The notes: a model not told the origin generated them from the sequence alone. A stretch of 59,198 nucleotides of DNA from Sulfurospirillum sp. (GCA_024762235.1 JANTHT010000001.1:1-59198); one strand, 5' to 3'; positions 47,793-56,715 are shown, counted from the first letter of the stretch. Made by a program: numbers and translations.

Positions 47793-48947
47793 ATGAAAAA
47801 AATCTTTCTCTCTTCACTTGCGCTGATGCTACTCGGCCTGACACTGGAGGCGCGTGAAGAACCTCTCAACTTCGATCTCGGTCTCAAAGCCGGACTGACT
47901 TCCCTGAACAACAGCAACGGCTGGAACTTCGAAAAGGTGACAATCGCAGCGGATAGTGTTTTCGATATCGGATACGCAATCTCGCCCAGAGTCGACCTGG
48001 TGTATGTGAATGTCGACGAGAAAAAAGGCAGCGTCAACTCACTCTGGCAAATCGCACTCGACGGGCAGTATGATTTCGACCTGACCCCGGACAACCCTTT
48101 TGATCTCTATCTCTTCGGCGGTATAGGGTATGAGTATGTCAGCGGTTCGAGAAAGGGGTTCGAGAACCAGTTTTTTCTGCAGGGCGGGGGAGGAATCAAA
48201 TATCCGGTCAATCAAAATTTCTCACTGGTCACCGAATTGAAAATGTTACAGATGCTTGATACCAGCCATAGTGACGAAGACAGCGAGTATGCGATTTTAA
48301 TCGGGGCAGTCATGCCGTTTCATACAGAAGTCAAAGCGCTACCGGATCGGGATGGTGACGGGGTACTCAATGCCGCCGATCTTTGCCCCAATACGCCTCC
48401 GGGTGTCAGAGTCGGACCGGATGGATGCCCGGTTCCTCAGATAAAACCGAAACGCCGTGTCGAAAAGAGGGTCGAGAAAATCACGAAAATCGCAAAGCCG
48501 GCACCGGTAAAAGTCCGGATTGCAGATGCCGACCACGACGGTGTACCGGACAGTATGGACAGATGTCCGAACACACCGGCAGGATTCAGTGTAGACCGAA
48601 ACGGTTGCGGCGCAAAAACGAGACTGGAAGTGCACTTTGATAGCAATGCTGCAACATTGACAGAGGGGTCACTGCAGAAGATCAAAGCGTTTGCCGCCTA
48701 TATGAAACGGATGCCCGGTATCTCCGTAACGATCGAAGGGTATACAGACAGCAGCGGTGATCCGAAAAAGAACATGCAGCTTTCTCAACAACGTGCCAAC
48801 ACCGTCAAAGAGGCGCTTGTCAAAGAGGGCATCCGTGCATCGAGAATCACGGCAGTGGGCAAAGGCGCCCTCAATCCGATAGCTGACAACGATACGCCTG
48901 AAGGGCGCGCGCAAAACCGCAGAATCGAAGCGATAATCCACCAGTAA
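47793..48947 (+). CDS. OmpA-family outer-membrane protein with thrombospondin type-3 repeats
   Basis: Signal peptide, N-terminal beta-barrel region, two TSP3 Ca-binding repeats (DRDGDGVLNAADLCPNTP, DADHDGVPDSMDRCPNTP), and a C-terminal OmpA_C domain (..GYTDSSGD..N..LSQQRA..). Confidence 0.9.
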   Translation: MKKIFLSSLALMLLGLTLEAREEPLNFDLGLKAGLTSLNNSNGWNFEKVTIAADSVFDIGYAISPRVDLVYVNVDEKKGSVNSLWQIALDGQYDFDLTPDNPFDLYLFGGIGYEYVSGSRKGFENQFFLQGGGGIKYPVNQNFSLVTELKMLQMLDTSHSDEDSEYAILIGAVMPFHTEVKALPDRDGDGVLNAADLCPNTPPGVRVGPDGCPVPQIKPKRRVEKRVEKITKIAKPAPVKVRIADADHDGVPDSMDRCPNTPAGFSVDRNGCGAKTRLEVHFDSNAATLTEGSLQKIKAFAAYMKRMPGISVTIEGYTDSSGDPKKNMQLSQQRANTVKEALVKEGIRASRITAVGKGALNPIADNDTPEGRAQNRRIEAIIHQ

Positions 48948-48960
48948 AGGGAGAGAGGAG

Positions 48961-50103
48961 ATGCAGATGAGAGTAACGAAAGAGTCTATTGCCGCTGCGT
49001 GTTTCACAGCGGTACTGTTGGCAGGTTGTGGCGGTGACAGGAGTACGCTTTACGACAGCGAAGGAAAGAAAAGCAGCGCACCTGCAACTCCCGTCTGGAT
49101 CTATCAGACTGAGGATGGCAAGAAGATGATCGACGGTAACTTCGTCTATATACCCGGCGGTTTCGATGTGGACGATGACGGTATCAACGAGAGTGGTTTC
49201 TGGCTTGCGAAATTTGAAGCGAAAGAGAGCAATGTGACGATCCCTACGGCGGGGCTTGGCAATGTCGACAGCCTGATTCGTAACCATTTTCTGATCTATA
49301 ACCGGGCAAGCCGCCGTTTCGATACGCAACTACCGGAAAATTCGACTATCTATCAGGCAAAACCTGTTTCCGAGATTTTGGGATTTCAGGCCAAAACGCT
49401 CTCATTCGGGCCTGATGGCAATGCGACAGGCTCTTACAGTGCGATCGAGGCGATCGTGGCACTGGAGCATTCGCAGATCGACGGGGCGAAGTGGCATATC
49501 TCACTTCCTACCGAGAAGCAGTGGATGCAAGTGGAGAAGTTGATCATCAACAACAAAGAGAACTGGATATCGCAAAAGCTCGGGGACGGGGCGCTCTACC
49601 GGGGTGTCAGGTATGACGCTTCCGACCGACGCTATTTTGTTGTGCAAAACGGCATTCTGGGAAAAGATCCCAACGTGCCGGATGATTATGCCGTGCGTCT
49701 CTATGACCTGTCGGGCAATCTTGCGGAGTGGACACGCGGTATGGTCGCGATCGACGACAGGTTTCTGGGCGGCAACAGCGGTGAAGTAGAATATACGCAT
49801 CTGGGTGCGGAGACGCCGAAATGGTGGCTGCCGATCATCCAGGGTGAAATCTTTCCTCTCTCATCTGTCAATGGTGTCGGAAAATACTACGACGGTTCCA
49901 ATCTGGGCGGAACTTCCGATACACTCAACATCACGGGTAGCACTGGTTTTGTGGACGGCTATGCAGTCGTGGCCAGGGGCGGCTCCAGAGCGAGGGGAGA
50001 TAAGACGCTCACCGGTATAGGTGCCGTCAAACTGGAGTACGGCCCCGGTTTTAAAGACCCCTCTATCGGTTTCAGAGGTGCCAGCGCGTATGTCGAAAAG
50101 TAA
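48961..50103 (+). CDS. Lipoprotein with FGE/SUMF1-like domain
   Basis: Lipobox LLAGC. FGE-sulfatase-like landmarks (FWLAKFE, SLPTEKQW, GNLAEWT, ARGGS, IGFRGA). Confidence 0.55.
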   Translation: MQMRVTKESIAAACFTAVLLAGCGGDRSTLYDSEGKKSSAPATPVWIYQTEDGKKMIDGNFVYIPGGFDVDDDGINESGFWLAKFEAKESNVTIPTAGLGNVDSLIRNHFLIYNRASRRFDTQLPENSTIYQAKPVSEILGFQAKTLSFGPDGNATGSYSAIEAIVALEHSQIDGAKWHISLPTEKQWMQVEKLIINNKENWISQKLGDGALYRGVRYDASDRRYFVVQNGILGKDPNVPDDYAVRLYDLSGNLAEWTRGMVAIDDRFLGGNSGEVEYTHLGAETPKWWLPIIQGEIFPLSSVNGVGKYYDGSNLGGTSDTLNITGSTGFVDGYAVVARGGSRARGDKTLTGIGAVKLEYGPGFKDPSIGFRGASAYVEK

Positions 50104-50197
50104 AGAGAACTCCCTTTGTGCCGATATAGAGTCATAGATATATGAGGGGTGGCATCAGCGGATAGTTTCCGGAGTGCTCCCGAGGGCAGGTCGGCAA

Positions 50198-51346
50198 ATG
50201 CAGTTTTTTCTGGACAAACGAAATATCACACCTGCCGATGCGAATATCCGATTTGTATTGAGCATGCTGACAGGCCTTTTCGCTGTGGCATCGGGGTACT
50301 ATCTGCTTCTGCTGCCTGCTTTTTTCCTTCTTTTTACATCTGTCAACCGATCGTGTATTTTCTATCACTGGCTGGGTATCAACGACAAACTGCGCCTTAA
50401 AAATTTTTATACCTCTTTTTTACCGGCACACAACCCCCTTCCTGTCTATATCTTCAGCAGGGATGGGAAGATACTCTTTCAAAACGATGCTTCCAGAGCA
50501 CTGATGCCAAAGGTGACCAATCTCAGAGATTTCGGTCTGCAGTTACGTATGACAGGCGAGAGTGTGGTATACCGCGCTTCCGGACGCGTTTATCAAGTCT
50601 CTACACTCTATCATTATGAAATCGATGCGATATTTACCTATATCTCGGATATCACACGTGTCTGGGAACTCAACAGGGAGATCGAGGCGACACAGGTCGA
50701 GATCATCAACATGATGGGCATGATCGGAGAGAGCAGGTCAAAGGAGACAGGAAACCATGTCAAACGTGTCGCTGCCTATTCGAAGCTTTTGGCACAAAAG
50801 TATGGTTTGAGTGAAGAGGAGGCGCATCTGCTGAGCGTGGCGAGCCCGATGCATGATATCGGCAAAGTGGGTATTGCAGATGATATTCTGCATAAACCGG
50901 GGAGATTGACGACGGAAGAGTTTGAGATCATGAAGACCCACGCACAGATAGGATACGAGATGCTGCGATCTTCCGACCGCCCCATCCTCAAAGCAGCGGC
51001 GATCGTAGCACACGAACATCATGAAAAGTTTGACGGGAGCGGCTACCCAAGAGGGCTGAGAGGTGAAGAGATTCATATCTACGGGCGAATCACCGCTGTG
51101 GCAGATGTATTTGACGCGCTTGGAAGCGACCGGTGCTATAAAAAAGCATGGCCGATGGAGAAGATACTCAAACTCTTTAAAGAGGAGAGAGGTAAACATT
51201 TCGATCCGAAACTGGTCGATATACTACTGGAAAATCTGGATGCAATCGTTGCAATACGCGACAGATATCAAGATTCCACGGAGGAGACTACAGAGGTGAG
51301 CTGCTCAGATCGGTTGCAATGCGCGGAAGCAGAGGCGACGGCTTAG
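50198..51346 (+). CDS. HD-GYP domain phosphodiesterase with DUF2892-like TM and PAS-like N-terminal regions
   Basis: Motifs HVKRVA..HDIGK..HHEKFDGSGYPRGL (HD-GYP). The N-terminus (N..D..R..2 TM..C.FYHWLG) resembles the YgaP-like TM domain. Start is ATG 50198 or GTG 50174. Confidence 0.85.
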   Translation: MQFFLDKRNITPADANIRFVLSMLTGLFAVASGYYLLLLPAFFLLFTSVNRSCIFYHWLGINDKLRLKNFYTSFLPAHNPLPVYIFSRDGKILFQNDASRALMPKVTNLRDFGLQLRMTGESVVYRASGRVYQVSTLYHYEIDAIFTYISDITRVWELNREIEATQVEIINMMGMIGESRSKETGNHVKRVAAYSKLLAQKYGLSEEEAHLLSVASPMHDIGKVGIADDILHKPGRLTTEEFEIMKTHAQIGYEMLRSSDRPILKAAAIVAHEHHEKFDGSGYPRGLRGEEIHIYGRITAVADVFDALGSDRCYKKAWPMEKILKLFKEERGKHFDPKLVDILLENLDAIVAIRDRYQDSTEETTEVSCSDRLQCAEAEATA

Positions 51347-52287
51347 TAGTCGTGCATATCGGAGTCGTCGTAGGGGTCCAGATGGATCAGGATATGCCAG
51401 CGGCTGTTCGGATCGATCTGCTTGATCTTCTCTTCGATACTGTCGGCGATATGATGCGCCTGTGAGAGTTTAATGTCTGGTTCGAGTACGATATGCATTT
51501 CGACAAATTTGTACTTTCCCGCATAGCGTGTCTTGAGAAAGTGAAAGTCTGTTATTCTCGTGTCTCTTTTGAGGATTTTGAGGATCTGTTCTACCTCCTC
51601 TTTGGGCAGTGATACATCCAGCAGTATATGCGTACCCTCTTCGACCAGCTCATAGGCCTCTTTGATGATATAGATACCGATCGCGGCACCGAAGAGGATG
51701 TCTACCCAATACCACTCTGTAAAGTAGATGATCCCCAGTGAAAGGATGACGGCACCGTTGCTGTATAGATCTGTTTTGTAGTGAAGCAGATCGGCCCTGA
51801 TGACCATATTGTTGGTCTTTTTGACGACATACGCGAGAAAAGCGACCAGTATACCCACGATGATGATCGATGCTGCCATGACCGCGATCGAAAGGGGCAC
51901 ATGTGTCACGCTCTCTTTGTGGATCAGCTTCTGGAGCGCTTCATAGAGGATAAACAACCCTGATCCCATTACGACCAGCCCCTCCAGCGTCGCGGCAAGT
52001 GCTTCGACTTTACCGTATCCGAACTGGAACTGCGCGTCAGGGTTTTTGTCCGAGAGGCGTATCGCGAGGAAGTTGAATACTGAAACGAACATATCCATGA
52101 TAGAGTCGACTGCAGAAGCGAGCAGAGCCACCGAACCGCTCATGATGCCGACGGTCAGTTTGATGATCGCAAGCAAAAGAGAGAGTGCGGTCGCGACGAG
52201 AGGTGCGCGTTTTTCGAGTGCACTGCTCTTGTATTTCTCTGATTCGGCACTATGCGTGTCGTGTGTGCTTGCGAGATCGACAGCCAT
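51343..52287 (-). CDS. Cation diffusion facilitator (CDF) family metal transporter
   Basis: TM2 and TM5 site motifs (AVDSIMD, HYKTDLYSN) and a C-terminal cytoplasmic domain. Start chosen at the ATG at 52287 (AAGGAG RBS), avoiding overlap with the upstream gene. Confidence 0.85.
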   Translation of the reverse strand: MAVDLASTHDTHSAESEKYKSSALEKRAPLVATALSLLLAIIKLTVGIMSGSVALLASAVDSIMDMFVSVFNFLAIRLSDKNPDAQFQFGYGKVEALAATLEGLVVMGSGLFILYEALQKLIHKESVTHVPLSIAVMAASIIIVGILVAFLAYVVKKTNNMVIRADLLHYKTDLYSNGAVILSLGIIYFTEWYWVDILFGAAIGIYIIKEAYELVEEGTHILLDVSLPKEEVEQILKILKRDTRITDFHFLKTRYAGKYKFVEMHIVLEPDIKLSQAHHIADSIEEKIKQIDPNSRWHILIHLDPYDDSDMHDY

Positions 52288-52349
52288 GAGACTCCTTTTT
52301 GGGGCTATTTTATCGAAAAATACTGTAAAGATGATGTCCTGCCCCTCTG

Positions 52350-52739
52350 TCAGGCGATCCTGAGTGCTTTTGCCCACATCTCCATGGTATCGTGTGCCTT
52401 TTCAGCCGGGGCTTCCATGAACTCTATGACGAAGCTGTTTTCGAGTTCACATACACCGATAGAGCGGGGACGGACTGCAGCGACTTTGGTGTTCGGAATT
52501 TCCGGTCCGAAACAGAAGATGATGTTCTGCATATCTTTGATCTCAGGAGCGATCGCGCCGCCATGTCCTTTGGTGTGGCTGTAGTGGTCGAAAGTGGCGA
52601 TATAGACAGCGATGGGGTGCGCTTCGATCTTCTCTTTGAAGTAAGCGAGTATTTCAGGGACACTTTTTTGTGCGACCTCCTCTTTTAGTAGCTCGAGTGT
52701 CCAGACCGGGTATTTCTCTTTAAAAGTGCTCTGTTGCAT
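52350..52739 (-). CDS. Hypothetical protein (upstream of the CDF transporter)
   Basis: 129-aa soluble ORF with no recognisable motif. Co-directional with the CDF gene, 62 nt upstream. Confidence 0.5.
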   Translation of the reverse strand: MQQSTFKEKYPVWTLELLKEEVAQKSVPEILAYFKEKIEAHPIAVYIATFDHYSHTKGHGGAIAPEIKDMQNIIFCFGPEIPNTKVAAVRPRSIGVCELENSFVIEFMEAPAEKAHDTMEMWAKALRIA

Positions 52740-52851
52740 ATGAATCCTTTAAACTTATAATAATATTCACATAATATTATATTTAAAAATACATAAAAAC
52801 TACACACAATTCGATTATAATCATCTGAAAAAAGCGTGACAAGGTTACCTT

Positions 52852-53817
52852 ATGAAAAAAAATGTTTTAATTGTTTTAGTGTTGGTATTTACCGGCTTTA
52901 TCTTACTGAACGGGGGAGAGAAAGATATGAAAGAGAAAAACGTCTCGGCAGAAAAAACGACTTTCAAGAAGTTGTCACCGGAAGAGGAGCGTGTCATCGT
53001 CCACAAAGGGACAGAGATGCCCTACACGGGAAAGTATGACAAGTTTTTTGAAAAGGGTACATACAAATGCAAACGATGCGGCACACCGCTCTACAGATCG
53101 GAGGCGAAGTTCAACTCAGGTTGCGGATGGCCCAGTTTCGACGACGAGATACCGGGTGCCGTAAAGCGCGTACCGGATGCGGACGGCAGACGTACGGAGA
53201 TCGTATGCGCGCACTGCGGGGCGCATCTGGGGCATGTCTTCGAGGGGGAGCAGTTCACTCCAAAAAACACCCGCCACTGTGTCAACTCGATCTCTCTGGA
53301 GTTCGTACCGGATGAAGCGACACACGAGACAACTAAAAAGGCCTATTTCGCCGGGGGATGTTTCTGGGGCGTGGAGTACCATTTCGAAAAGTTACCGGGT
53401 GTCATCAAGGCGGAGAGCGGCTACATGGGCGGTCATAAAGAGAATCCGACCTATCGGGATGTCTGCTATACCGATACCGGCCACCTTGAGGTTGTAGAGA
53501 TTACATACGATCCGACAAAGGTGGATTATGAAACGCTTGCGAAACTCTTTTTCGAGATACACGATCCCACACAGGCCAACGGTCAGGGGCCGGATATAGG
53601 CGCCCAGTATCTCTCGGCGATCTTTTACAACGACGAGAAGGAGAAAGAGACGGCGCAGAAGTTGATCGATCTGTTGAAAGAGAAGGGGTACAATGTCGTC
53701 ACGAAACTGTTGCCGGCGAAGGAGCACCCTTTCTACAGAGCCGAGGAGTACCATCAGGATTACTACGAAAAACATCACAAGCAGCCCTACTGCCACAGCT
53801 ATACAAAACGTTTTTGA
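52852..53817 (+). CDS. msrBA: Exported bifunctional methionine sulfoxide reductase MsrB-MsrA
   Basis: N-terminal signal/TM. MsrB motifs (CKRCGTPLY, CGWPSF, RHCVNS) are followed by the MsrA motif (GGCFWGVE). Confidence 0.9.
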   Translation: MKKNVLIVLVLVFTGFILLNGGEKDMKEKNVSAEKTTFKKLSPEEERVIVHKGTEMPYTGKYDKFFEKGTYKCKRCGTPLYRSEAKFNSGCGWPSFDDEIPGAVKRVPDADGRRTEIVCAHCGAHLGHVFEGEQFTPKNTRHCVNSISLEFVPDEATHETTKKAYFAGGCFWGVEYHFEKLPGVIKAESGYMGGHKENPTYRDVCYTDTGHLEVVEITYDPTKVDYETLAKLFFEIHDPTQANGQGPDIGAQYLSAIFYNDEKEKETAQKLIDLLKEKGYNVVTKLLPAKEHPFYRAEEYHQDYYEKHHKQPYCHSYTKRF

Positions 53818-53828
53818 TCGGTGGAGGA

Positions 53829-53858
53829 GAGAGCCGCTTTAGCGGTTCTCTTTGAGTT
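53829..53858 (+). terminator. Terminator hairpin shared by convergent msrBA and coiled-coil operon
   Basis: GAGAGCCGC-TTTA-GCGGTTCTC (9-bp stem with one G-U pair) followed by TTTGAGTTT. Overlaps the stop of the minus-strand gene. Confidence 0.5.
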
Positions 53859-54573
53859 TGAGGAGTTGCTCTTTGTAGAGTTCTATTCTTTCAAGCCAGC
53901 TGCCGGACTCCTCTTTGAGTGCAGCGATCTTCTGTGCGATGTCGCTTTCGAGGGTTTGAAGTGTTTCGCGCTTCTGTGCGATGTTTTGTTCGAGCTCGCT
54001 CAGTAACGCTTTCGTCGCGTCTCTGTGCGCTTCCTGCGCCTCTTTTTGCGCCTCTGTTTTTTTGCTTTGCGCCACGGCTTCATCGAGCGTTTCGCTCTGC
54101 CTGGTGATCAACTCCTGCCGTGCCTCTGTCTCCCGCGCCTGTTGCTGCTGCTCTTCGAGCAGTGCGGTCACACTTCTACCTCCGATCTCTGAGAGAATCT
54201 GATCGCGGCGCTCTTGTTGTGTGGAGAGCATGGAGTGTGTCGTCGCGTAGTTACGCCTGATCTCTTCATTTTGTGTATCGAGGGCTGTGCGCACTTTTTC
54301 GCTCTCCTGAATCTCTTGTCGGAGTGTGGCGATCGCTTCGTCATGCTGAACGATCTCTTCGCTCTCACGACGGATTTTATCCTGGAGTTTTTGTGTCTCC
54401 TCTTCGCGCTGTTTTGTCTCTTCCTCTACCTGTTGGATCTCCCCTGTCAGCGCATCGACTTTCGGCTTGTAGTTTTCACGGGAGCGTGCCAGGGCATAGA
54501 GAAAGCCGGTGATCGCACCGGTCAACAGTATCAGGGCTATGCACGCTTTGAGCGTCAACATGATATCCAGCAT
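53839..54573 (-). CDS. N-terminally anchored coiled-coil protein 2
   Basis: One TM (positive residues after the helix suggest a cytoplasmic C-terminus), then ~210 aa of Glu/Gln/Lys/Arg-rich coiled coil. The start abuts the upstream stop (TAAATG). Confidence 0.65.
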   Translation of the reverse strand: MLDIMLTLKACIALILLTGAITGFLYALARSRENYKPKVDALTGEIQQVEEETKQREEETQKLQDKIRRESEEIVQHDEAIATLRQEIQESEKVRTALDTQNEEIRRNYATTHSMLSTQQERRDQILSEIGGRSVTALLEEQQQQARETEARQELITRQSETLDEAVAQSKKTEAQKEAQEAHRDATKALLSELEQNIAQKRETLQTLESDIAQKIAALKEESGSWLERIELYKEQLLKLKENR

Positions 54574-55470
54574 TTAGTGCTCCTCTTTCGTCGACTTGTT
54601 TTTGAAAAGTTTCTGTTTCACAGCCTGAAGGGCTCCGGGGGCTTCGCTTCTGGTGATCAGTGATTCTATCTCTTCCGCTTTGTTTTTGGGCATTCTGAAG
54701 AGTTTCTGGATCAGCGGCTCTTTGATTCTGAGAGGCTGTTCGCCATAGTGCTCCAGATACTCTTTGAGGGCGAATTTGTAGTTGAGCGCCTTGATCTTGA
54801 GCGCATCGCGCTCCCCGGCCAGTTTGGCCAGAGTCGGTGCAAATTTGCGCTCGACTGCCGCGATCTCTTCACCGGTTTTGTGCAGGAGGGCTTTGGCCCC
54901 GGAGATTTTCTCTTCCAGCAGACTCGCTTCCTCATGAAATTTTTCACGCAGCGCATCGAGCGCTTCGATCTCACGGAGATAGCTCTCAGTCAATGATTTG
55001 AGATCGGAGAGTTTCTCATCCAGACGGGAGAGCGTTTCTGCGTTTTCATCCACCCTGGCCTGTTCTTTGTTGACTGCATCGCGCTCTTCGGAGAGTTTTT
55101 TGATCTCGGAGCGGACTTTGAGTGTTTCGCTCTCCTCCTCCCTGATCTTCTCCTCAAGCCTCTCTTTTTCGTTTTCGAGTTCCGTGATACGCTCCATCAG
55201 GGCAGCCTCATGCGCTTGCAAAGCACTCTGTGTGGCTTCCTTCTCTTCGAGTTCCTGATGGACTTTTGCATGGTGAGACTCTGTGTGGAAGTGCTTCTCT
55301 TCTGCCCCGGTACGCCGCTTCTGTTGTTCTGCAAGGGTCTGTTTCAGGTCGCTGATCTCCTGTGTGTATGCTCTTGACGATAGCTTTGCACGCCAGAGAT
55401 AGAGCAGGAAAAAACCGAGAAGGAAGGCAGCGATATAGAGTAGAATCGCTATGGGTAATGATTGTGTCAT
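54574..55470 (-). CDS. N-terminally anchored coiled-coil protein 1
   Basis: One TM, then ~260 aa of coiled coil. ATGA overlap with the upstream OmpA-like gene. Confidence 0.65.
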   Translation of the reverse strand: MTQSLPIAILLYIAAFLLGFFLLYLWRAKLSSRAYTQEISDLKQTLAEQQKRRTGAEEKHFHTESHHAKVHQELEEKEATQSALQAHEAALMERITELENEKERLEEKIREEESETLKVRSEIKKLSEERDAVNKEQARVDENAETLSRLDEKLSDLKSLTESYLREIEALDALREKFHEEASLLEEKISGAKALLHKTGEEIAAVERKFAPTLAKLAGERDALKIKALNYKFALKEYLEHYGEQPLRIKEPLIQKLFRMPKNKAEEIESLITRSEAPGALQAVKQKLFKNKSTKEEH

Positions 55471-56477
55471 TGTTGTGCTCCTTTGCGGATAGTGATCTCG
55501 ACACGTCTGTTCTCTTTGGCGTATGGGTTGCTGCTGAGGGGACGCTCTTCACCGTAGCCGATCGCTTCGATGGTCGGGACTTTGATCTTATGCCCTATGA
55601 GGTAGTCGCGTACCGTTTCCGCGCGTTTTTGGCTGAGCTGTTTATTGAAGTCTGCCGGTCCGCTGGCGTCGGTATGCCCCGCGATGCGCAGACGTTCGAT
55701 CTCTTCGGTATTTTTGTTGACGAGATCGACGATGCGGTCGAGCAGCTTTTTACTGTCGAGTGTCAGTTCGCTGCTGCCGGACTTGAAGTAGATCGGGCGC
55801 TCTTTCAGAAGCTTGTCGATCTCGGACTGCGTCGTTTGGATGCCGGCCTGCTGTCTGTCTATCAGCTCTGGGTTTGTTTGCGCTTCCGGCTGTGACGATT
55901 TCTCTTCGATCACATGTTTTTGTTTGGCTGACGGAGCTTCTGAAGGTGTTTTTTCTGTGCTCTCTTGCGTCACAGGCTGCTCCGGTTGCTCTGCTTCCCG
56001 TGCTTCGGCCGTAGCAGGAGATACCGGCCCGGGTGTTTTCGTAGCGGCGGTGCTCCGGTTCTCTTCTTCCGCTGCGGAAGTTTCGCTCTGCGCGATTGCA
56101 GTTTCAGCTTTTGCGATTTTTACGGTTTCTGCGCTCTCTGCCTCTGCGGGTCTCTGTCCGGCCGGGGCAGCGCTCTCTTCAGTTTGTGGTGCGGCAGGTT
56201 TCTGATGGGCACTCTCCGGCGTTTCAGGTTGCTCCTGCTGTTTCGTTTCTGCGGTTTCCGATGCGGTAGCAGAGTGCGACGGTTCGGCGATGGATTCGGC
56301 TGCAGGTACCTGTTGCGTTTCAACAGCGGCTTGCGCCTGTGCCGCTTGCTGTGCGGCGGCGATCGCTTCGAGTTGCGGCGCTTTCTTCTCTGTGCAGAAC
56401 CAGGCGATGACAGCCGCCGCTATCAGCCCGAGCAGTAGTATGAGCTTGCTTAACATGGGTGACGCTCCTTGGGGCAA
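55467..56477 (-). CDS. Inner-membrane-anchored OmpA/MotB-like peptidoglycan-binding protein with long acidic linker
   Basis: N-terminal TM and a ~170-aa Ala/Glu/Gln/Pro/Thr-rich low-complexity linker. C-terminal OmpA_C domain (..IAGHTDASGPADFNKQLSQKRAETV..). Confidence 0.8.
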   Translation of the reverse strand: MPQGASPMLSKLILLLGLIAAAVIAWFCTEKKAPQLEAIAAAQQAAQAQAAVETQQVPAAESIAEPSHSATASETAETKQQEQPETPESAHQKPAAPQTEESAAPAGQRPAEAESAETVKIAKAETAIAQSETSAAEEENRSTAATKTPGPVSPATAEAREAEQPEQPVTQESTEKTPSEAPSAKQKHVIEEKSSQPEAQTNPELIDRQQAGIQTTQSEIDKLLKERPIYFKSGSSELTLDSKKLLDRIVDLVNKNTEEIERLRIAGHTDASGPADFNKQLSQKRAETVRDYLIGHKIKVPTIEAIGYGEERPLSSNPYAKENRRVEITIRKGAQQ

Positions 56478-56589
56478 ATTTGCTTCCGGATATAAGTGTT
56501 TTTATGATACTGCAACTATCTGTTCAGCGCGCTGAAACATCATGATAAGGAAAAATATTTTTGCTCTTTTTAATGAACATACGCGTATT

Positions 56590-56709
56590 GAACCCTCTGA
56601 ATAATTTGCTGCTCGAACAACATCTGCAGCGGTAGGGTCAAAACAGGTTTCCTGTTTTGGGGTGCCCACCGTGAAGCCGTTTGAGAGAAGTGAAGTATTC
56701 AGAGGGTTC
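56590..56709 (-). repeat. MITE-like palindromic repeat, copy C (complete, 120 bp)
   Basis: Perfect 14-nt TIRs GAACCCTCTGAATA / TATTCAGAGGGTTC, flanked by TATT on both sides. Central hairpin CAAAACAGG-AAA-CCTGTTTTG (read on the minus strand). Starts 6 nt after the stop of the upstream minus-strand gene. Confidence 0.85.
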
Positions 56710-56715
56710 TATTGG

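Noticed and set aside
52288-52377. A longer 344-aa version of the CDF transporter overlapping the upstream gene by 28 nt.
   Set aside because: The internal ATG at 52287 has a strong AAGGAG RBS and removes the overlap. The extra 30 residues are not CDF-like.
55813-56438. Plus-strand Cys/Arg/Phe/Ser-rich ORFs (130 and 157 aa) opposite the OmpA-like gene linker.
   Set aside because: They are an antisense reading of a low-complexity GC-rich linker-coding region. The composition is not protein-like, and the minus-strand gene ends in a clear OmpA_C domain.
53839-56477. The OmpA/MotB-like operon with coiled-coil proteins, considered as a Zorya-type defence or stator system.
   Set aside because: There is no MotA/ZorA-like multi-TM ion-channel subunit, and no ZorC/ZorD-like nuclease or helicase genes. 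Only the peptidoglycan-binding domain is shared.
47011-56590. Repeat copies B and C bracketing a 9.6-kb segment, considered as a composite transposon or genomic island.
   Set aside because: There is no transposase, integrase or tRNA. The content is ordinary envelope and stress genes, and the elements are tiny and non-autonomous. A third copy elsewhere shows they are simply dispersed repeats.
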